From positions 64,979 to 128,978 of the forward strand of contig CAVQJV010000003.1 of NCBI GenBank assembly GCA_963712805.1: DNA of 64,000 nucleotides, in the 5' to 3' direction. The position numbers were made by a program, and so were the translations under genes. Shown here one piece after another: positions 19,418-29,680 of this stretch (positions within the stretch are counted from its first letter, which is position 1; each line of letters opens with the position of its first letter). The DNA comes from an uncultured Acidobacteriota bacterium. GTDB lineage: Bacteria > Acidobacteriota > Thermoanaerobaculia > Thermoanaerobaculales > Sulfomarinibacteraceae. Below the pieces are notes generated by a model. That model searched no databases. It saw only the letters and a list, made by a program, of their open reading frames with translations, and was not told where the DNA came from.

Positions 19418-20772
19418 AATTCCGAGTCCCGCACACCTTCGCCCTGCTCTTCGGTCTGATCGTGATCGCCGCGGTCGCCACTCACTTCATCCCGGCCGGG
19501 ACCTTCGACCGCGTCGAGGTCCAGGGCCGCGAAGTCGTCGAACCGGACTCCTTCCACCACGTCGAGGCTCATCCGGCGGGGGTCACGGAGGTCTTTCTGG
19601 CCTTCCCCAAGGGTCTGCTGGAAACCGCCCACATCGTCTTCTACATCTTCCTCATCGGCGGCGCGTTCAGCGTCGTCAACGCCACCGGCGCCATCGAGGC
19701 CATGATCCACGGCGTCGTCCGCGCCTGCCGGGGCAACGGCGAGGTGGTCATCGCGGTGCTCGTTGTCCTGTTCTCGTTGGGCGGCGCCACCATCGGCATG
19801 GCCGAGGAAACCCTCGTCTTCCTGCCCGCGCTGGTGGTGCTGGCCAGGCGACTGGGCTACAACGAGATCACCGCCGGCGCCATCGGCCTGGTGGGCGCCG
19901 GGGCCGGTTTCGCCGGCGCGTTTCTCAACCCGTTCACCGTCGGTGTGGCGCAGGACATCGCCGGTCTGCCGGTCTTCTCCGGGATCGGTTTCAGACTCGT
20001 GGTGTGGGTGGTCCTGACGACCATCACGGTGGTCTACATCGTTGTCTGGTCTCGGCGTCGGAGAATTGAACCGGCGATCGACGGTCAGTCGTCCCCGTTG
20101 GATTCAAGTGAGTCCTCCCCGCTGGGTCTGAGAAAGTGGTCGGTGCTGGTGGTGCTCCTCGCCGCGTTGGCGGCCGTTGTGGTCGGCGCCATGAGCTGGG
20201 GCTGGGGGATCTTCGAGCTCTCGGGGCTCTTCGTCGGCGTCGCCATCCTCGCCGGCATCCTTGGCGGTCTCGGCACCAACGGGACCGCCGAGCGTTTTGT
20301 CGAGGGCGCCGCCGCCATCGCCGGCGGCGCCCTGGTCGTCGGGCTGGCCCGGGGCGTGCTCGTGATCTTCGAGGCCTCGAGCGTCACCGACACCATCCTC
20401 TTCGCCATGGCTTCGGCGGTGCAGAACCTCCCGGCCGACATCAGCATCGCCGGAATCTACGGGATCCAAGTGCTGCTCAACTTCCTGGTGCCCTCGGGCA
20501 GCGGCCAGGCGGCGCTGTCGATCCCGATCCTGGCGCCGCTCGCCGATCTCGTCGGCGTAACCCGGCAAACAACGGTTCTGGCGTACCAATTCGGCGATGG
20601 TTTTACCAACGTCTTCACCCCGACGCAGGGATACTTCATGGCCGGTCTGGCCCTCATCAAGGTCTCCTGGGAAGACTGGGTGAAGTTTATCTGGCCGCTA
20701 CAGTGTCTGTGGATCGGGACCGGCCTGATCCTGCTGCTGATCTCGCACTGGATGAACTGGGGCCCGTTCTAG
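19414..20772 (+). CDS. yfcC: YfcC family (DcuC-like) membrane transporter
   Basis: MKFRVPHTFALLFGLIVIAAV...NFLVPSGSGQAALSIPILAPLADLVGVTRQTTVLAYQFGDGFTN is near-colinear with E. coli YfcC. ATGA overlap with the M20 gene. Confidence 0.85.
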   Translation: MKFRVPHTFALLFGLIVIAAVATHFIPAGTFDRVEVQGREVVEPDSFHHVEAHPAGVTEVFLAFPKGLLETAHIVFYIFLIGGAFSVVNATGAIEAMIHGVVRACRGNGEVVIAVLVVLFSLGGATIGMAEETLVFLPALVVLARRLGYNEITAGAIGLVGAGAGFAGAFLNPFTVGVAQDIAGLPVFSGIGFRLVVWVVLTTITVVYIVVWSRRRRIEPAIDGQSSPLDSSESSPLGLRKWSVLVVLLAALAAVVVGAMSWGWGIFELSGLFVGVAILAGILGGLGTNGTAERFVEGAAAIAGGALVVGLARGVLVIFEASSVTDTILFAMASAVQNLPADISIAGIYGIQVLLNFLVPSGSGQAALSIPILAPLADLVGVTRQTTVLAYQFGDGFTNVFTPTQGYFMAGLALIKVSWEDWVKFIWPLQCLWIGTGLILLLISHWMNWGPF

Positions 20773-22592
20773 GGAATCACCGGCAGGACCAGCCGCGACG
20801 GGTGCTCGGCGTCGTGGTGGATCCGAATCTCCGCGGTTGCCATCTCGGACGAGAATGCCTCGGACTCCCCGGTGTGGAGATTTCGCGAGAAGTGCGGGAA
20901 GAAGGAGCCGGTGACGAGGATCCGCAGCCGGTGCCCGGCGAAAAACACCTGGCTCGTGAGCAGACGGTCGAACGTCAGCGAGTAGATCTTGCCGGGCTCG
21001 AGCAGCTGACGTCCGCGGCTCGGGTCTCGAAGACTGGCGCGCTGGACATCCGATCCCGGGCTCATGAGATTGAAGGCCGTCCCGTCGGGCCCCACGTCGA
21101 GGATCTTGACCCACAGATCGGTGTCCGGGCGGTCGCACGAGACAAAGATCTCGGCGGTGATGGCGCCGGTGATCTCAGTGTCTTCTGAAAAGGGTTCGGT
21201 CTCGAACACGAGCACATTCGCAGACCCGCCAAAACCGCTGTAGTCGTGCGGCCCGAACCCATCGTAGGGGTCCCGGGTCGGCGCCGCCGGATCGGATCGC
21301 AAGGCGCTCGGCTCTGACCGCGGCGGTGGCGGCAAGGGCGAAAGCCCCCCGTTCGCACCGGGTCCGGTACTCGGGGTCAAATATCGGATCTCCTCCATGC
21401 TCTCAGGTGGCCAGGCCGGCTCTTCGCGCCAATGGTCGTCGCCCATGACGAAGATCCGCACCGGCGCCTCGCGGTCTCCACCGGCGTCGATCCCCCGCAG
21501 GTGGCGGTCCATCCAACCCAGGATCAGCTCGTCGTAGTCGACGCCAGCCTCCGGGCCGAAGTCCCGGTCGCCGGTTTGCCGACGTCCGACCGAGGCCACC
21601 CCGTGGACCCAGGGGCCGATGACCAGCGCGGTTCTCGGATCGGCCTCGCCGGCGCGGCTCGCCAGCAGACCGGAGAAGTTCGTCGTCGCTCCTTCCGGGC
21701 CGTAGAACTCGTCATACCAACCTGAGAGGTTCAGCACCGCGGCGCTGACGCGGTCGTAGCGGCCGGGCAGCTCGGCCCAGTCCCACCAGGGGTCCTCGGG
21801 TGGATGGCGGAGCCATTCGGTGTAGAACGGCGCGGTCTGCTCGAGGTCGGGCAGCGACGCCAACGGCAGGAAGTTCTGCAGCTCCTCGGCGACCCGCGGC
21901 CACTCGGACCCGGCCTCGTCCTCGGTGACGGGCCCGGGCAGACCGAGCCGGCGGCGCGTGTCCGGCGCGATGGAGTTGAAAGCCCAGGACAGCCAGGAGA
22001 GATCCCAGACCCCGTTGCTGTAGAAGAATCTCCGCGGCGAGGAAAAGGTCATGGCCGGCACCATCGCCGCGAGGTGGGGCGGGCCCTCGAGCGCGGCGAG
22101 CCACTGGACGGCGCCGGGGTAGGACAGCCCGAAGGTCCCCACCGAACCGTCCGACCACGGCTGTCGCGCAGCCCACTCGATGGTGTCGAAACCATCCCGG
22201 CCCTCGTTGACGTACGGGAAGAACTCACCGTCGGACGCAAACCGCCCGCGGACATCCTGGAGCACCACCGCGTAGCCTCGCTCGACGGCACGCAGGTGGG
22301 TCTCATACCAGCCCTCAGTTTCATTCTTGCCGTAGGGCGTCCTATAGACCAGGGTCGGGAACGGACCACCCGCCGCCGGACGCCAGACATTGGCCCGCAG
22401 GACGACGCCGTCGCGCATCGGCACCGCAATGTTTTTCTCCACCACCGGCGGATCGGGACCGACCTGGGCGCACGCCCCGGAGAGACCGGCCAACACGACC
22501 GCGAGCAGCGCCACCCACCCCCTCGCCACAGACCAGGCGCTGCGCGATCTCTGGCCCGGGGGAGCGAGCAGGGAAAGGACATCGATGCGCAT
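20769..22592 (-). CDS. CocE/NonD family hydrolase (peptidase S15, Xaa-Pro dipeptidyl-peptidase-like), secreted, intact
   Basis: 607 aa: ...VLRANVWRPAAGGPFPTLVYRTPYGK...VVLQDVRGRFASDGEF...TFGLSYPGAVQW.... Confidence 0.85.
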   Translation of the reverse strand: MRIDVLSLLAPPGQRSRSAWSVARGWVALLAVVLAGLSGACAQVGPDPPVVEKNIAVPMRDGVVLRANVWRPAAGGPFPTLVYRTPYGKNETEGWYETHLRAVERGYAVVLQDVRGRFASDGEFFPYVNEGRDGFDTIEWAARQPWSDGSVGTFGLSYPGAVQWLAALEGPPHLAAMVPAMTFSSPRRFFYSNGVWDLSWLSWAFNSIAPDTRRRLGLPGPVTEDEAGSEWPRVAEELQNFLPLASLPDLEQTAPFYTEWLRHPPEDPWWDWAELPGRYDRVSAAVLNLSGWYDEFYGPEGATTNFSGLLASRAGEADPRTALVIGPWVHGVASVGRRQTGDRDFGPEAGVDYDELILGWMDRHLRGIDAGGDREAPVRIFVMGDDHWREEPAWPPESMEEIRYLTPSTGPGANGGLSPLPPPPRSEPSALRSDPAAPTRDPYDGFGPHDYSGFGGSANVLVFETEPFSEDTEITGAITAEIFVSCDRPDTDLWVKILDVGPDGTAFNLMSPGSDVQRASLRDPSRGRQLLEPGKIYSLTFDRLLTSQVFFAGHRLRILVTGSFFPHFSRNLHTGESEAFSSEMATAEIRIHHDAEHPSRLVLPVIP

Positions 22593-22747
22593 GAGCTGCC
22601 TCCGTGAGGGGCGATTATATGCCGATTTGCCCCTCGTGGTAGGAGTCGCGCCATGTGCGTGCTAGCCTCGATTCGATGACGGACACGCACTCCCCGCCCT
22701 CGATGTGGTACCCGACTCGAAAACGACCCACCAGGAGATGCTCCACC

Positions 22748-24187
22748 ATGATCAAAACTCTGCGTCTCGCATGCCTCGCATCCGCGCTCTTCGCCGCAAT
22801 ACCGAGCGTCGCCGACGATCTCCAGTCGACAAAGCTGGCGGCCGTCGAGTCCATCAACGCCCACCAGGCGGAGCTCGTTGAACTTGCCGACCAGGTCTGG
22901 ACCTTCGCCGAAACAGCGCTCCGCGAGACCCGCTCGGCCGCAGTCCTCGCGGACTACGCCGAAGCGCAGGGTTTCGTAGTCGAACGCGGGGTGGCGGGAA
23001 TGCCGACCGCCTTTGTCGCAAGCTTCGGTGAAGGCCGCCCGATCATCGGCATCCTGGGCGAGTACGACGCCCTTCCCGGGATCTCGCAACGGGCTCAACC
23101 GACCATCGAACCGCTGGTGCCGGGAGCGGCCGGCCACGGCTGCGGTCACAACCTGTTGGGCACCGCCAGTCTCGGCGCCGCCCTGGCGATCAAGGATCTC
23201 ATCGCCGCCGGCAAGCTTAGCGGCACCGTGCGCTATTACGGCACACCGGCCGAGGAGACGGTCGGCGGCAAGCTCTACATGCTCCGCGCCGGTCTCTTCG
23301 ACGATGTCGACGCCGTCCTCGCCTGGCATCCGAGCAACGAGATCGTGGCCGACACCGAGGGCAACCAGGCGGTAGTCGATATCGTGGTCGAATTCGAGGG
23401 CCGGACGGCCCATGCCGCCTATGATCCGTGGAATGGACGCAGCGCCGCCGATGGGGCCGAGGTCTTCACCTTCGCCCTCAACCTGATGCGCGAGCACGTG
23501 CGACCGACGGTGCGGATGCACTACGTCGTGACCGACGCGGGCGATGTTCCCAACGTGGTGCCCGGGCACGCCCGGGTGTGGTGTTGGCTGCGTGATTCGA
23601 GCCACGCCGGGGTCGACGGCCTGCTCGAGCGCGCCAAGCGGATCGCCGAGGGCGCCGCGCTCGCCACCGGCACCACCGCCCGGCTCACGGTCCAGTCCGG
23701 CGACTGGGAGATGCTGCCCATGCTGACCGGCGCCGAGCTGATCCACGCCAACATGATGTGGCTGGGTCCCATCGAGTACACCGCCGAAGAGCAGGACTTC
23801 GCGCGCCGGATCCAGCTCGCCACCGATGTCCCGCCCATCGGCCTCAAGGGAACCCCCGAGCCCCTCGATCTCGATCCCCGCGAGATCGCCGGGGGCTCGA
23901 CCGATGTCGGCGATGTGAGCTGGAAGGTGCCGACCCTTCACCTGTCGGTGACCACCGCGCCGGCGGAGGCGCCGTGGCACGCCTGGCCCGTGGTCGCGAC
24001 CGGCGGCATGTCCATCGGCCACAAGGGCATGGTCTACGCGGCCGAGGTCCTGGCCGCGACCATGGTCGATCTCTACGCCGATCCGGCAAAACTGGCTGCA
24101 GTCCGTCAGGAGTTCGAGGACAAGACCCGCGGCGTCGAGTACGTGAGCTACCTACCCGACGGCCCGCCGCCACTCCCGGTCGACTGA
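22748..24187 (+). CDS. M20D amidohydrolase (AbgB-like), secreted, intact
   Basis: MIKTLRLACLASALFAAIPSVA signal peptide; ...GILGEYDALPG...GHGCGHNLLG...YYGTPAEE...FEGRTAHAA.... Confidence 0.85.
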   Translation: MIKTLRLACLASALFAAIPSVADDLQSTKLAAVESINAHQAELVELADQVWTFAETALRETRSAAVLADYAEAQGFVVERGVAGMPTAFVASFGEGRPIIGILGEYDALPGISQRAQPTIEPLVPGAAGHGCGHNLLGTASLGAALAIKDLIAAGKLSGTVRYYGTPAEETVGGKLYMLRAGLFDDVDAVLAWHPSNEIVADTEGNQAVVDIVVEFEGRTAHAAYDPWNGRSAADGAEVFTFALNLMREHVRPTVRMHYVVTDAGDVPNVVPGHARVWCWLRDSSHAGVDGLLERAKRIAEGAALATGTTARLTVQSGDWEMLPMLTGAELIHANMMWLGPIEYTAEEQDFARRIQLATDVPPIGLKGTPEPLDLDPREIAGGSTDVGDVSWKVPTLHLSVTTAPAEAPWHAWPVVATGGMSIGHKGMVYAAEVLAATMVDLYADPAKLAAVRQEFEDKTRGVEYVSYLPDGPPPLPVD

Positions 24188-24386
24188 GGCATCATCTGTT
24201 CCTTGCGGTCCACCGTGGGGGTGTACAAGATCACCCGACAAACTCATGGCGAAAATTTCCATCGTTGAAAAGACACGCGATTCCGTCGCCGTGCGCGGTA
24301 ATTCGCGTAGAATCGATCGGCGGTGGCTGACCTCCGGCGCTCTCCTGACTGGCCCGCGTCAATCCCCATTTATTGCTCGAGGAGAC

Positions 24387-25654
24387 ATGGTAATGCCGGA
24401 GCAAATGAGGCAGACCGACGTAGCGGTGATCGGCGGCGGCATCGTGGGTCTTGCGTGCGCGCTCGAGCTGGCGCGGCAGGGCGTGAAAGTCTGTGTGCTG
24501 GAACGCGATCGGGTGGGGTATGGGTGCTCCAAGGGCAATGCCGGTTGGTTGACCCCCGCGTTGGCACTGCCACTTGCCGTGCCGGGACAATGGCGCAAGG
24601 CGCTGAAATGGCTTGCGGATCCTCAGAGTCCTTTCTATATCCGGCCGCGTGCAGACCTCAAGCTGCTCACCTGGCTCGTGGGTTTTCTCGCAGCCAGTCG
24701 CCGCAGCCGATTTGAGCAAAACGCCGCGGCACTCGTCAGCTTGAGCCAACTGAGTCTGGATGCCTGGGAGGCAATCGCCGGCGCTCCTGAGAACGAGCCT
24801 TTTGAATTCGCCCGCGACGGGTTGTTGGCCGTCTACGAATCCCGGGGGCTCTCGATGCAGCGCGAGCATCCGCAGAGATGACGGCGAGCTTTGGTGTGCC
24901 CTTCGAGCTATGGAGCGCAGATGCTGTGCGCGAATGTGAGCCCGCAATTCATGGCGCTCAGATCGGCGGGCTGTTTTTTCCTCGCGAAGGTCGTTGCGAG
25001 CCCTACCTTGCAGTTCAAACGCTGGCGGCTGCAGCCCGGCGGGCAGGCGTCGAGATCGTTGAGTACGCCGAAGTGCTGACCGCAGAGCGCGCATCGTCGC
25101 ACGTGCGTTCGCTGCGTACAACCCGTGGCCGCTTCGAAGCACACGATTATGTACTTGCTGCCGGTACCTGGTCAGGCGCGCTGGGTGCGCGTCTCGGTAT
25201 CACCATTCCAATGATGGGAGCAAAAGGTTACTCGCTGGTGGTGCCGCCGCTCGATCCTCAACCCCGGCGCTCGCTCTATCTCGCCGAGCGCAAGATCGCG
25301 GTCAATCCCCATGCGAACTCCCTGCGGATCTCCGGCACCCTCGAACTGGTGGGCGAAGACCTGACGGTCAATTCGAGACGCCTCGAAGGTATCGTCCAGG
25401 GGGCGCGAGGCATGCTGCAGCTCAACGATCCTCTCGGCGAGGTGGAAATCTGGCGTGGACTGCGTCCCTGCCTGCCCGATGGCATGCCTGCTATTGGCCG
25501 CACCCGCCGGTATCGCAACCTCTGGCTCGCAACCGGTCACCAGATGACCGGACTCAAGACTGCCCCAGGCACCGGCCGGCTGCTGGCAGAGTTGCTCTGC
25601 GATCAGACCCCGTTCATCGATCCGCTGCCATTTCGCGCCGATCGTTACGCCTGA
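24387..25654 (+). pseudogene. dadA: D-amino-acid dehydrogenase-like FAD oxidoreductase; one frame change in a C3G5 run near 24845
   Basis: ...DVAVIGGGIVGLACALELARQGVKVCVLER...SKGNAGWLTP...KALKWL... then (shifted) ALDAARASAEMTASFGVPFELWS...GHQMTGLKTAPGTGRLLAELL. Alternative start at 24393. Confidence 0.8.
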
Positions 25655-26163
25655 CCGAAGCTCGCAGCTCGCGCTTGCCGGCGATGGCGGGCCGGAATGA
25701 TCCAGGGCGAGAACGAGGCCGATCCGCTGTCGAGCGACCTGAATACGTCTTCGTGGTTCGACACCGCAAACGAGCAAACGGGCTCTTGCGGAGCGGCACG
25801 AGCTTGTGCCTGTAGGCCAAGCGGCTGAGGAAGGGGCAGTTCGCCAAGCTGTGGGCGGACGAGGAGACCAGGGCCTCGACGCGGGTGGCCCATTAGAAAC
25901 CGCCGGGGCAGGTGCCCCAGCGGTTCGATATCACCATGATTCGCGCAAGAGTCCCCAGCGAACACGAATGCGCTATGAGCCCCAGAACCTCAAACCAACC
26001 ATGAGACCAATCGTCCTTGGCCGGATCAGGGCCAGACCATACGAGCCGTTGGGAAAATTCCCGCCGGTGTCGACGGAGACGACGACGGCATGGTCATTCC
26101 TGATCTCGAACGGCGCCTCACCGAGCTCGATCGCGTCAAGCTCATCTCCATCGTGCCGGACTT

Positions 26164-26247
26164 TCAATACCCGAATTGTCTCAGGACCTCGCGCGCAATC
26201 ACCAGGCGCTGGATTTCGGAGGTTCCCTTGCCGATCGTGCATAGCCT
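26164..26247 (-). pseudogene. Remnant: last ~27 codons of an acyl-CoA dehydrogenase
   Basis: The minus strand reads ...LCTIGKGTSEIQRLVIAREVLRQFGY-TGA. The signature (E)GTSEIQRLVIAR is the ACAD C-terminal motif, and no upstream ACAD body is present. Confidence 0.45.
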
Positions 26248-26256
26248 GCAGCAGGT

Positions 26257-26746
26257 TCAGTCGAGGCATTCTCGGATGATCCTCGTGAACAGCGCGGCGC
26301 CCAGCGGGATGAGCTCGTCCGGGAAATCGTAGGCCGGGTTGTGCACCCCGGGCGCCGCTGCCGTTTTCTTCAGCGGGTTGGTAGAGCAGCACCACCCGGC
26401 CCCTTGGCGGTCGCGCTGCGGAGAGACTCTCGCCGACGCAGGCGAGGATCGCCATGTGGCCGTCGTGACCGCACGCGTGCGACAAGCCGTCGAGGGTGGA
26501 GCGATGCGCGGCCCGGCTCAGCTCCCTGATCGGCACCGCGTCGAGCTCGCAGCGCAGAAGCACGGTCGGTCCCGAGTCTGCTCCGGAAAAGACGAACGCC
26601 GCGCCGTGCCCGCCGAGCCCGCGGATCACCTCGTCGGGTTGGAGGGGCTCGAAGAACCGGCAGATCCTGGCGGCGGTCTCGGACTCGGACCCGGAGCGCT
26701 CCGGGTGCCGGTGGAGTTCGCGACGGAGCTCGGCCGCATCACTCAT
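26257..26746 (-). pseudogene. M20D amidohydrolase with a large internal deletion
   Basis: The N-terminal ~135 aa (MSDAAELRRELHRHPE...HACGHDGHMAIL...VVLLYQPAEENGSGA) abut the family C-terminus (GVHNPAYDFPDELIPLGAALFTRIIRECLD-TGA) in another frame. The middle ~200+ aa expected for the family are absent. Confidence 0.6.
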
Positions 26747-26787
26747 CGGGGGCCGGATTCGAGGGCGTCAGGCGCCGAGGTCATGAG

Positions 26788-28597
26788 TCACCCTCCGGAC
26801 GGCCCGCCTCCGGTTCCCGAGGGCTGAGCTCCAAAGGTCATCGAGCCGGCGAGAAAGGTCGCCTCGACGTCGATCGCGAGGATCGCCGACGGCTCGACCG
26901 CGAGCGGATCGGCGGTCAGCACCACGAGATCGGCCCGGCCGCCGACCGCCAGCGCCCCGCGTTCGGGTCCGCCGCCCCCCGCCGGCCACAGCCGGGTCTG
27001 GATCCTGAGGCTGTCGATCCGAGTGAGTCGCTCGCCCGGTTGCCAGCCGTCCGCCGGCAACCCGTTGCCGTTTTGCCGCGTGGTCGCGGCATAGAAGCCG
27101 AGCAGCGGTTCGGCGGGCGCGGTGAAATAGTCGGAGCCGAAACCGAGCCGGGCGCCGGCCGCCGCCATCCGGCCCAGGGCGTAGACCCGGTCGCTGTTGT
27201 CGACGCCGACCCGCGCGTCCTCCATGGCCAGCCCGTGATCGTCCGGAGCGACGAAGTCCGGGTTGACCGCGAGCACGATCCCGAGCGCGGCGGCGCGGGC
27301 GAAGTCCTCCTGCTGGGCGTAGGAAAAGTGCTCGATCCGGAGTCGTCCGGTCGGCAGTTCCGGCCGCTCGGCGAGGATCTCCGCATAGACATCGAGGGCC
27401 AACTCGACGGCGGCGTCGCCGATGGCGTGGGTCGCGACGTCGAAACCCGCGTCGAGGGCCGATGAGGCCTCCTGTTTGATCTCCTCGCGACTCATCCTCT
27501 CGATTCCGTGAGTGGTGGGATCATCGGCGTAGGGGTGCGAGAGCCACGCACCCCGGCTCCCGAGGGCGCCGTCGGCAAAGAGCTTGACGTGGGTGACGCC
27601 GATGCGCGGAGTCAACTCCCGGTAGCGCCCCGGGTCGGCGGCGATCTTCGCCATCAGCGGGCTCGGGCCCGGAACCATGAGGTGCACCCGAAGCGGCAGC
27701 GGCGCCTCGAGATCCGCCTCCACCAGCAGCTCGAGGTAGCGCTCGAAATCGAGGCTCAGATCGACGATTCCCGGCAACCCGAGGAAACCGGCGTCGAAGA
27801 CCTCGGTGACGCCCTGCGCCGACAGCGCCTCGGCCGCCAGGCGGAAGGCGTGCCGGATCTCGGCCGGCGACGGCTCGGGCAGCACCGGTCGCAGCAGCTC
27901 GTTGGCGCGCTCGAGGAGGACGCCGTCAGGGCTGCGATCGCGAGGCCCGGCCGATGACGCCGCCCGGCGGATCCGGGGTTTGGGCGTCGATACCCGCCGC
28001 CCGCAGGGCCTCGCCGTTGGCCCAGCCGGCGTGGCCGTCGACGCGGGTGAAAAAGACCGGATGCTCGGGCGCGGCGGCGGACAGTACCTCGTGGGTCGGC
28101 AGCTCGCTCGCGCCCCAGGCGCCCTGGCTCCAGCTCTGACCGAGAATCCAGGTCCCGGCGGGAAGCTCCGCCGCCCGCGTCCGGACCTCGTCGCCGATCG
28201 CTCCCAGCGAGCTCAGCCCCGCGAGGTCGACGAAAGTCGGCGACGGCTCGGCCCGGTAGAGCAGCGAGAATCCGAGGTTGAGCAGGTGGACGTGGTGATC
28301 GACGAAGGCCGGGACCAGGACCCGACCGGCGAGATCGACGTCGACGGTGTCGGGGCCGCGCAGCCGCTCGACCGACCCCCGGTCCCCCATGGCGAGAATG
28401 ACCCCGTCGCCGACCGCGAGCGCCTCGACGCCCGCCGGCTCACCCAGGGTCAGGATCGGACCGCCGCTGACGATGAGGTCGGCGACCGCCTGCTCGGGAA
28501 CTCCATCGTCGCCGGGTCGCGCACATGAGCCGAGCAGCGGCAGGCAGGCCACGAGGACCGACACGAGCGAGATCTTCTTGACATGACTCAGTTGCAT
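26788..28597 (-). pseudogene. Amidohydrolase-3 (YtcJ-like) metal-dependent hydrolase, lipoprotein-like signal; one frame change near 27930
   Basis: MQLSHVKKISLVSVLVACLPLLGSCA...VLVPAFVDHHVHLLNLG... joined to ...HVKLFADGALGSRGAWL...ATHAIGDAAV...RIEHFSYA...GSDYFTAP.... Confidence 0.8.
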
Positions 28598-29680
28598 CAC
28601 TCGGCTCCTCTGACGACGATGGTCGTCCCCGCCAGGAAGGCGGGGGTCACTCGTTCGAGATCTTCCGGCGAGACTGCGTTGACCGCCGCCGCGAACTCCT
28701 CGTCCGACAGTAGGCGCCCGCGACCGACCCATTCCTCGACGAGCTCCGCCGAGACCTCCTCGTTGCTCTGCGCGGCGCTGATCCGGCGACCGACGAGAGC
28801 GGCTTTGGCCTCGGCCAGCTCGGTCCCGGTCGGCGGCGCCTCGGCCAGACGCCGCAGCCCGCCGGCGAGCAGATCGCGCATCGCGCCGAGCTTGTCCGGG
28901 TCGACCCCGATCGCCAGCGACACCCGGCCGCCGGCGCCGTCGCTCAGGTACCCGGCGTCGATGTAATAGACCAGGCCGCGCCGGCTGATGGCCTCGACCC
29001 CCAATCGACCCTCGTAGCCGTGGCTCAGGACCCAGAGCAGCATCCGCCAGGCATACCAGTCCGGGTCGCTCGGCGCCGGCGCCATGACGACGTAGCCGAG
29101 TTGGTCCTGGGCCTTGGCCACGGCGAGGTCGATGATGATCTCGCGCGGACCGGCTTTCGGAACCGGAAGTACGGCGTTGACCGGTGTCAGATCGCCGAAC
29201 GCCGTTTCGAGCATGGGCAGGACGTCGTCGAGCTCGAGATCGCCGACGAGGACGATCGCAGCAGCCCCGGCACTCCCCTCCGCGCGCCTCGACGGCAAGG
29301 GCTTCGTCGAAGGCCAGAGCGAGACGCGCCGCCGGGTCGTCGACATCGCCGGAGAGGGCGACACCACCGGCGTCGCCGAGTTCAGCGCTGCGCGGGCCTC
29401 CTGCAGGGTGTCGTCCAACGCCTGCGGGCGGAACTTGAAATCAACGGAGGTGTGGCGCCAGACCGGCCAGTTGACGGTCGCGCCGGTATCGAACTCGAGC
29501 CCGGTGCTCGGCACGAGGATGCGGAGATAGGCCGCCGAGGAGAGCGAGTGGTGCTGGAAGATCACCGGCAGCCCGCCGCTGAGTCGGACGACCCGGGGCG
29601 GCGCAACCGCGTCGAGCGGCGGCGGGGCGGCCTCCGGTTCTCGGACGACCACGGCCTCACCGGCCTCCGGGGTCGGCGCC
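28597..29680 (-). pseudogene. M16-family peptidase-like protein (non-catalytic half). The start is uncertain and it may be fused to the upstream M16. Two frame changes near 29330-29400
   Basis: ...LSGGLPVIFQHHSLSSAAYLRILVPSTG...VLVGDLELDDVLPMLETAFGDL...GYEGRLGVEAISRRGLVYYIDAG.... No HxxEH motif. Confidence 0.6.

Noticed and set aside
25655-26160. ORFs 25806..26279 (+), 26090..26332 (+), 25645..25965 (-) and 25614..25847 (-) in the spacer after dadA.
   Set aside because: I could recognise no family motifs in any frame. The ORFs are mutually overlapping and sit in a region that otherwise shows only gene remnants.
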